From Bacteroidia bacterium (lineage in GTDB: Bacteria > Bacteroidota > Bacteroidia > UKL13-3): a stretch of 64,000 bases of DNA. The notes below the pieces were generated by a model. That model was not told the DNA's origin and did not search any database. It saw only the letters and a program-made list of their open reading frames with translations. This document shows, in pieces, positions 58,175-64,000 of the stretch. The DNA lies in NCBI GenBank assembly GCA_044337585.1, contig JBIINH010000002.1, positions 1,212 through 65,211 on the forward strand, given 5' to 3'. A program made the position numbers and the translations under genes. How positions within the stretch are numbered: position 1 is the first letter of the stretch; each line of letters begins with the position of its first letter.

Positions 58175-59839
58175 ATGAAAAAAATAATTCTCTTTTCGCT
58201 ATTACATTTTATTGGAAGCATAGTATTTGCACAACGTGCAAACATTTTTGCTATAGAACTCAAAGCCAAAGACACTTCAATATATAAACTGTCTAAACCA
58301 GAGGAATTATTTACTCCAGAAAGTTTAAAAAGAAAAAACAGGTTACAAATCAAGCCTGATATGCGCGATATACCGGTAAGTAACATCATCATTGATACCT
58401 TACAGGCACTTGGACATAAAGTTGCTTATACAAGCAAATGGTTAAACATGGTTTTTATAGAAAGCAATAACCGCAAATCTGTTGAGTCATTAAAACAGTA
58501 CAGTTTCGTAAAATCAGTTTATCCATTTTCGAGTGCACAAAGTGCGTCTTCTATAAAAGGAATTGATTTTCCGGATATTGAAATGCAGATAGAGCAGTTG
58601 AACAAAAAAGTAACGGGAGTAAATACGATGTATGATAGCGGATTTTATGGGAATTCACGTGCACAAATTCATCAATTGTTAATCGATTCGTTACATGCAT
58701 CAGGTTATACAGGTATTGGGGTGCGAGTTGCCATATTTGACAATGGCTTTCGCAATTTGCAAAATCTACGAAGGGTATTGAATTATTTTGAAAGAGCAAG
58801 ATTTGGTGGTTCAAAAAATTTTGTAAGACCCACAAAAAGTGTGTTTGCAGAAGGCGATCATGGAGTTGCAGTGCTCTCCATAATGGCTACTTATAAACCA
58901 GGGTTAATTGTTGGTTCTTCACCCGATGCGATTTATTATTTAATGTGTACCGAAGATGATATTACTGAGTCTCCATTAGAAGAATTGTTTTGGTTAATGG
59001 CTGCTGAGTTTTGTGACAGTATTGGAGTAGACATCATTCAATCGTCCTTAGGCTATAATGAATTTGATGAGGAAGCTTATTCGCACCAAATAAAACAACT
59101 TGACGGAAAAACAACACTCATAAGCAAAGCAGCATCTGTAGCTGTTAGCAAAGGTATTGTGGTAGTTAACAGTGCAGGAAATGAAGGTGATAAAGACTGG
59201 CGCTTTATTGCAGCACCGGCTGATGTAGAAGGGGTAATAACTGTTGGTGGGGTTGATATGTTCGGAAATATGGCCATGTTTAGCTCTCAGGGTCCAACAG
59301 CTGACAAGCGTGTAAAGCCGGATGTTTCTGCAATGGCTGAAGGTACATTTTCCATATCCGCATCAGGTGTTGTTAATAAAGGCAATGGAACTTCTTATGC
59401 TACGCCACTTATATCTGGTATGGTAGCTTGTTTGCTACAAGCCTTTCCCAATGCGACCCCTGATGAAATTCGACATGCATTACGCATCAGCGCTGATCAT
59501 TATTTTAAACCGGATATTCATTTTGGCTATGGAATTCCCAAAGCTACCCTCGCATTGGGTATACTGGAAAGTGAGAAGCAAATGGAAGACAGTGTCATCC
59601 ATATAACGCAACTTTCTGATCAAAATATTCATGCATTGGTGTACAGTAAACAAGCACAAACCTATACGTGGAAGGTAGAAGATGCACAAGGCAGAATAGT
59701 CGCTCACGGGAGTCGGAAAATGAAAAAAGCAGGCGCTGACAGGTTTATTTTATTTAGCACCAAAAAAGTTGGGAAAGGAAATTATGTGCTAAAGGTGACT
59801 ACAGCGAATAAAGTTATTAACCACGTATTTTCAAACTAA
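58175..59839 (+). CDS. S8-family (subtilisin-like) serine peptidase, probable T9SS cargo
   Basis: Asp-His-Ser triad in S8 order (VAIFDNGF, GDHGVAVLS, GTSYATP); signal peptide; C-terminal roughly 80 aa with beta-sandwich CTD-like ending [19 protein letters not shown]. Confidence 0.8.
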   Translation: MKKIILFSLLHFIGSIVFAQRANIFAIELKAKDTSIYKLSKPEELFTPESLKRKNRLQIKPDMRDIPVSNIIIDTLQALGHKVAYTSKWLNMVFIESNNRKSVESLKQYSFVKSVYPFSSAQSASSIKGIDFPDIEMQIEQLNKKVTGVNTMYDSGFYGNSRAQIHQLLIDSLHASGYTGIGVRVAIFDNGFRNLQNLRRVLNYFERARFGGSKNFVRPTKSVFAEGDHGVAVLSIMATYKPGLIVGSSPDAIYYLMCTEDDITESPLEELFWLMAAEFCDSIGVDIIQSSLGYNEFDEEAYSHQIKQLDGKTTLISKAASVAVSKGIVVVNSAGNEGDKDWRFIAAPADVEGVITVGGVDMFGNMAMFSSQGPTADKRVKPDVSAMAEGTFSISASGVVNKGNGTSYATPLISGMVACLLQAFPNATPDEIRHALRISADHYFKPDIHFGYGIPKATLALGILESEKQMEDSVIHITQLSDQNIHALVYSKQAQTYTWKVEDAQGRIVAHGSRKMKKAGADRFILFSTKKVGKGNYVLKVTTANKVINHVFSN

Positions 59840-60330
59840 GGCTTAATCAGCAATTTCAATAAATCACCTTCTATTGTTGTACTTGGGGTTTCAATAATTT
59901 TTCCGGCAAACTCTCCTTTGTTCATCACGATAAAGGTCGGAACATATTCAATTTGTAAATGACTTAAGTTAATATGCGATGATGTTTTATTGCGCAGCGT
60001 TCCAATCAACTCAATTTGGGTTTCGTTTACACCAATTCGTTTCATCACTTTGTAGAAATGCGGCATATGCTCGCGACTGTCGCTGCACCAAGTTCCCATA
60101 ACCACAACAAATGAAAGTTGGGGAGCATATGCTTTCAGTTTATTGCAAATGCTGTCGTCAGGTATGTATTCGGCCAAGCCTTTGGTATACCAGGTATAGT
60201 TGTTTTGCAGAAGTTCACTATTTATTTTACCATCAAGAATGCTATCCGGAGTAAACGTATATTGTGCTGACACGTGGTATGTAATTGTAATAAAAAGTAT
60301 AAGCAGATTAAGCCTGTTGCGCATGGGCAT
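59836..60330 (-). CDS. Thioredoxin-fold family protein, secreted (CXXC replaced by WCSDS)
   Basis: Signal peptide; [18 protein letters not shown] has the thioredoxin-fold context but a single Cys; 164 aa. Confidence 0.55.
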   Translation of the reverse strand: MPMRNRLNLLILFITITYHVSAQYTFTPDSILDGKINSELLQNNYTWYTKGLAEYIPDDSICNKLKAYAPQLSFVVVMGTWCSDSREHMPHFYKVMKRIGVNETQIELIGTLRNKTSSHINLSHLQIEYVPTFIVMNKGEFAGKIIETPSTTIEGDLLKLLIKP

Positions 60331-61336
60331 TCATAAATTCTACGGCTTTGTTTACCATATTTTCTGAACCGATAAATACCGGCACACGCTGATGCAATTC
60401 CTCTGGTTTTACATCCATTACACGTTCGCTTCCGGTATGGGCTTTACCACCTGCTTGTTCTACTATAAATGCCATGGGATTGCACTCAAACATCAAACGC
60501 AATTTACCGTTAGGAGCTTTATTTGTAGGCGGGTAAATAAAAATACCACCTTTAAGCAAGTTGCGGTGCAAGTCAGCCACCATTGAGCCAATGTAGCGTG
60601 CACTGTAAGGACGTTTGGTTTCCTTGTCTTTCTCTTTGCACCAGTCAATATATTTCTGCACGCCAATAGGGAAATCGCTGCTGTTTCCTTCATTTAGTGA
60701 ATAGATGGCACCATCTTTTGGTGTTTTGATATTGGGATGCGAAAGGCAAAATTCACCAATGGAAGTATCAAGGGTGAAGCCATTAACTCCTGCACCTGTT
60801 GTGTATACCAGCATGGTTGATGATCCGTAAATAACATAACCTGCGGCAACCAGCTTATTACCGGGCTGAAGCACATCGGCAATGGTTGGTGTTGTTCCTG
60901 GCTCAGTTACCCTGCGGTAAACCGAGAAAATGGTTCCGATAGATACATTCACATCAATATTGGAAGAGCCGTCAAGCGGATCCATGCATACCACATATTT
61001 TGCATTATTGGAGTAAGGCCCATTCAATATGCGTATATCATCATCCTCTTCAGAAGCTACAACGCAGCATTCGCCACCGCGGGTAAGGGCTTGAATAAAC
61101 AACTCATTTCCTATTAAATCCAGCTTTTTCACGTCTTCGCCCTGCACATTTACCTCTCCGGTTTCGCCAATAATTTCAGCAATACCCGCTTTGTTCACTT
61201 CACGGCTGATGATTTTGGCAGCGATACCTATATCCCGCATCAATCTTGAAAATTCGCCTTTTGCATAAGGAAAGTCAGCCTGTCGCTCAATGATAAACTG
61301 GCCAAGTGTGGTAACGTTTTTGATGGATGATGACAT
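60308..61336 (-). CDS. fbp: Fructose-1,6-bisphosphatase class 1
   Basis: [20 protein letters not shown]-terminus; class 1 FBPase metal-binding motifs ([16 protein letters not shown]); 342 aa. Confidence 0.9.
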   Translation of the reverse strand: MSSSIKNVTTLGQFIIERQADFPYAKGEFSRLMRDIGIAAKIISREVNKAGIAEIIGETGEVNVQGEDVKKLDLIGNELFIQALTRGGECCVVASEEDDDIRILNGPYSNNAKYVVCMDPLDGSSNIDVNVSIGTIFSVYRRVTEPGTTPTIADVLQPGNKLVAAGYVIYGSSTMLVYTTGAGVNGFTLDTSIGEFCLSHPNIKTPKDGAIYSLNEGNSSDFPIGVQKYIDWCKEKDKETKRPYSARYIGSMVADLHRNLLKGGIFIYPPTNKAPNGKLRLMFECNPMAFIVEQAGGKAHTGSERVMDVKPEELHQRVPVFIGSENMVNKAVEFMNAHAQQA

Positions 61337-61416
61337 TTGAATGATGTTTATTAATAGTGGGCAAATATAGCATAACAGTCTATTTTAACGTAATATTGCC
61401 GCCAATTATCATTTGC

Positions 61417-62676
61417 ATGAAAGTATTCAAATTTGGTGGCGCATCAGTTAAAGATGCAGATGCGGTAAGAAATGTAGCACGGGTGCTCAATCAGTATAAG
61501 AATGATCAGCTGTTGATTGTGGTTTCGGCCATGGGCAAAACGACCAACGCGCTTGAGAAGCTTGCTGTAGCATATGACCGTTTTGAGAAGGAAGAAATGC
61601 AAGCCATTTATAAAGATATTAAATCTTTTCATGATGCAATTATTGCTGATTTGCTAACCAACAGTCCAAGCCATGCCTATGATGATATCGAAAACTTGTT
61701 TATCGAATTGGAATGTATGCTTGAAACATATCCCGAGCACGACCGCGATACCACATACGATCAGATTGTAAGCTATGGTGAAATTATTTCAACCCGCATT
61801 GTAAGTGCTTACCTGAATGAAGCCGGCATTAAAAACCGCTGGATGGATGCACGTAATTTTATCAGTACCGACTCTACTTACAGAGAAGGCAAGGTGGATT
61901 GGCAAACCACACAAACCATGATTGAGCGTAAGCTTAAGCCCATCGTGCAAAAACAAATTGTGGTTACACAGGGCTTTATCGGCCAAAGCCGAGAGCACTT
62001 GACCACTACGCTTGGCCGCGAAGGTTCCGACTACTCCGCTGCAATATTTGCCTTTGGCCTCAATGCTGAAAGTGTTACCATTTGGAAAGACGTGGCCGGT
62101 GTAATGAATGCCGACCCAAAGAAAATTCCTGATGCGGTGAAACTGGATGCGCTAAGCTATACCCATGCCATTGAAATGGCTTATTATGGTGCTACCGTTA
62201 TTCACCCCAAAACCATTCAGCCTCTAAAAAGCAAAAATATCCCGCTTTATGTAAAATCGTTTATCAATCCCGATGCACCGGGAACAGTTGTAAATAATCA
62301 GGTGAATGAAGAGCGTATTCCTGTTATTATTTCCAAAACCAATCAGGTACTGATTTCCATCTCAAGCCGCGATTTCTCATTTATTGTGGAGGATAACCTG
62401 AGTAAAATATTTTCGCTATTTGCCGAACATCAGGTAAAAATAAACCTGATGCAAAACTCGGCCATAAGCTTTAGTGTGTGCGTAGATGACAGTGGAGAGA
62501 AAATTGAACGTTTGAAAAACGACCTAAACATAGAATTTAACGTGCGCAGCAACGAGGCATTGGAAATGTACACCGTGATGTACTATGATGATGCCACATT
62601 GAAACAATTACTGCAAGGTCGTGAACTATTGCTTGAGCAACGTACCCGCAATACCATTCAAATGGTGGTTAAATGA
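61417..62676 (+). CDS. lysC: Aspartate kinase
   Basis: MKVFKFGGASV start, taken at the internal ATG rather than the track start at 61357; amino acid kinase domain plus two C-terminal ACT domains. Confidence 0.85.
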   Translation: MKVFKFGGASVKDADAVRNVARVLNQYKNDQLLIVVSAMGKTTNALEKLAVAYDRFEKEEMQAIYKDIKSFHDAIIADLLTNSPSHAYDDIENLFIELECMLETYPEHDRDTTYDQIVSYGEIISTRIVSAYLNEAGIKNRWMDARNFISTDSTYREGKVDWQTTQTMIERKLKPIVQKQIVVTQGFIGQSREHLTTTLGREGSDYSAAIFAFGLNAESVTIWKDVAGVMNADPKKIPDAVKLDALSYTHAIEMAYYGATVIHPKTIQPLKSKNIPLYVKSFINPDAPGTVVNNQVNEERIPVIISKTNQVLISISSRDFSFIVEDNLSKIFSLFAEHQVKINLMQNSAISFSVCVDDSGEKIERLKNDLNIEFNVRSNEALEMYTVMYYDDATLKQLLQGRELLLEQRTRNTIQMVVK

Positions 62677-63152
62677 TTAAATACTATTTCCTCACCGGAA
62701 GCAATATAGGCAATTCGGCCGAGCATCTTCATGCAGCTCGACAAAATATCGTTCATAAATTGGGAATTGTAAACAATGCTTCATCAATTTATAAAACTGC
62801 TCCTTGGGGCAATACCAATCAGCAGGATTTTTTGAATCAGGTGCTAGAAGTACAAACAGAAATGACACCCGAAAAGGTGCTGGAAACCATTTTGCAAATA
62901 GAGCAGGAAATGGGCCGCACACGGTTGCATAAATGGGAACCCCGCATTATTGATATTGATATTCTGTTTGCAAGTGATTTGATTTGTAAGTCATCCGGTT
63001 TAACGATACCTCACCCTTTGTTGCATGAACGTAGGTTTACCTTAGAACCCATGAATGAAATTGCAACGGATTTTGTGCATCCGGTGTTGAATAAAACCAT
63101 TGCACAATTGTTGGACGATTGCATTGACCAAAGCAACGTGGAAAAATTGTAA
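62673..63152 (+). CDS. folK: 2-amino-4-hydroxy-6-hydroxymethyldihydropteridine diphosphokinase
   Basis: HPPK motifs (YLTGSNIGN, GPRIIDIDIL); 159 aa; 4-bp overlap with lysC. Confidence 0.85.
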   Translation: MIKYYFLTGSNIGNSAEHLHAARQNIVHKLGIVNNASSIYKTAPWGNTNQQDFLNQVLEVQTEMTPEKVLETILQIEQEMGRTRLHKWEPRIIDIDILFASDLICKSSGLTIPHPLLHERRFTLEPMNEIATDFVHPVLNKTIAQLLDDCIDQSNVEKL

Positions 63153-63186
63153 GTACACCTATACAACATAGGCCTACCTTGCAGGC

Positions 63187-63840
63187 ATGCAGTTGCAACA
63201 TCACTACATAGCCATTGAAGGAAATATTGGTGCCGGGAAATCAAGCCTCGCCACACGCATGAGTCGTGACTTTAATGCCAAACTTATACTCGAAGAGTTT
63301 GAAGATAACTCCTTTTTGCCCAAGTTTTACGAAGATCCAATACGTTACGCTTTTCCGCTTGAGATGAGTTTTCTTACCGACCGATATAATCAATTGAAAG
63401 CCCATACGCCCTCAGGAGATCTTTTTGCGCAGCCCACCATCAGTGATTATATGCTAGCCAAGTGTTTGCTATTTTCAAGAGTAAACCTAAGCGATGATGA
63501 ATACGCGTTATACCATAAGTTTTTCGATATTATATACAACCAGCTGCCACATCCCGATTTAATTGTTTATTTACACAATCCCGTTGAGAAGCTGCAATGG
63601 AATATTGCCAACCGTGGACGTGCTTATGAACAGCAAATTTCTGATGATTATTTACTCAATATACAGAAAGCTTATATGGAGTATTTGAAACTACTTGCCG
63701 AGCGAATGCCTGTTGTTATTATTGATTGTACACCATTTGATTTTGTAAAAAATGAGGATGACTATTTCAACTTAAAATCTATGGTATGTAAAAAATACAA
63801 TATAGGTCTGCATCATATCAATTGGTTAATTGAAACATGA
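63187..63840 (+). CDS. Deoxynucleoside kinase (dAK/dGK/dCK family)
   Basis: P-loop IAIEGNIGAGKSS; ERS-like motif; 217 aa. Confidence 0.8.
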   Translation: MQLQHHYIAIEGNIGAGKSSLATRMSRDFNAKLILEEFEDNSFLPKFYEDPIRYAFPLEMSFLTDRYNQLKAHTPSGDLFAQPTISDYMLAKCLLFSRVNLSDDEYALYHKFFDIIYNQLPHPDLIVYLHNPVEKLQWNIANRGRAYEQQISDDYLLNIQKAYMEYLKLLAERMPVVIIDCTPFDFVKNEDDYFNLKSMVCKKYNIGLHHINWLIET

Positions 63841-64000
63841 GCGAAATTTTCAGTACGGCATACCTGCCTTCGTTATCTTGGTTTGTATATTTTATGCAAT
63901 CCAAGCAACCCGTTATCGATTTGGGCGAATATTATGTAAAGCAAAGCTATCGCAACCGCTGCCATGTATTATCGGCCAATGGTGAGATGGCATTAAGTAT
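63837..64000 (+). CDS. WbqC-like family protein, partial (runs off the window)
   Basis: MSEIFSTAYLPSLSWFVYFMQSKQPVIDLGEYYVKQSYRNRCHVLSANGEMAL matches the WbqC-like N-terminus; the ATG overlaps the upstream stop (ATGA). Confidence 0.6.
   Translation, partial: MSEIFSTAYLPSLSWFVYFMQSKQPVIDLGEYYVKQSYRNRCHVLSANGEMALS

Overview
This is a 64 kb chromosomal window from a member of Bacteroidota, about 38% GC. The phylum call rests on three things: T9SS C-terminal sorting domains on four secreted proteins, Bacteroidetes-type sigma-A -7 boxes (TAnnTTTG) upstream of several genes, and a Bacteroides-type sdhCAB/frdCAB operon.

The window is densely coding, with about 60 genes and short intergenic regions. 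I see no tRNA or rRNA genes, no CRISPR array, and no transposase, integrase or phage genes.

Most of the content is housekeeping:
- central metabolism: enolase, fructose-1,6-bisphosphatase, succinate dehydrogenase, aspartate ammonia-lyase;
- biosynthesis: carA, pyrD, aspartate kinase, folK, riboflavin synthase, biotin carboxylase plus a separate biotin carrier protein;
- information processing and maintenance: UvrD/PcrA helicase, a DnaQ-like exonuclease, methionine aminopeptidase, MnmA, MazG, PCMT, deoxynucleoside kinase;
- a few cell-envelope genes: MltG, FtsB-like, an OmpA-family lipoprotein, a WbaP-like sugar transferase, a PASTA protein.

Three parts deserve a second look.
1. At 48576..55462 on the minus strand, five genes sit within 12 bp of each other (one pair overlaps by 4 bp): a PASTA protein, a 954-aa T9SS cargo protein, a rhodanese, a heptahaem c-type cytochrome fused to TPR repeats, and MltG.
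2. At 8720..14514, three genes of unknown function form a likely operon: a membrane-anchored protein with a beta-propeller-like C-terminus, a lipoprotein, and an outer-membrane protein. They look like a candidate trans-envelope module.
3. At the left edge, a gene of more than 800 aa encodes two complete D-Ala-D-Ala-ligase-like ATP-grasp modules fused in tandem.

Smaller signals are listed under findings: a CATAACT heptamer microsatellite, TTCAACA direct repeats upstream of eno, a dyad symmetry upstream of carA, rho-independent terminators, and several non-ATG or internal start-codon corrections relative to the ORF track.
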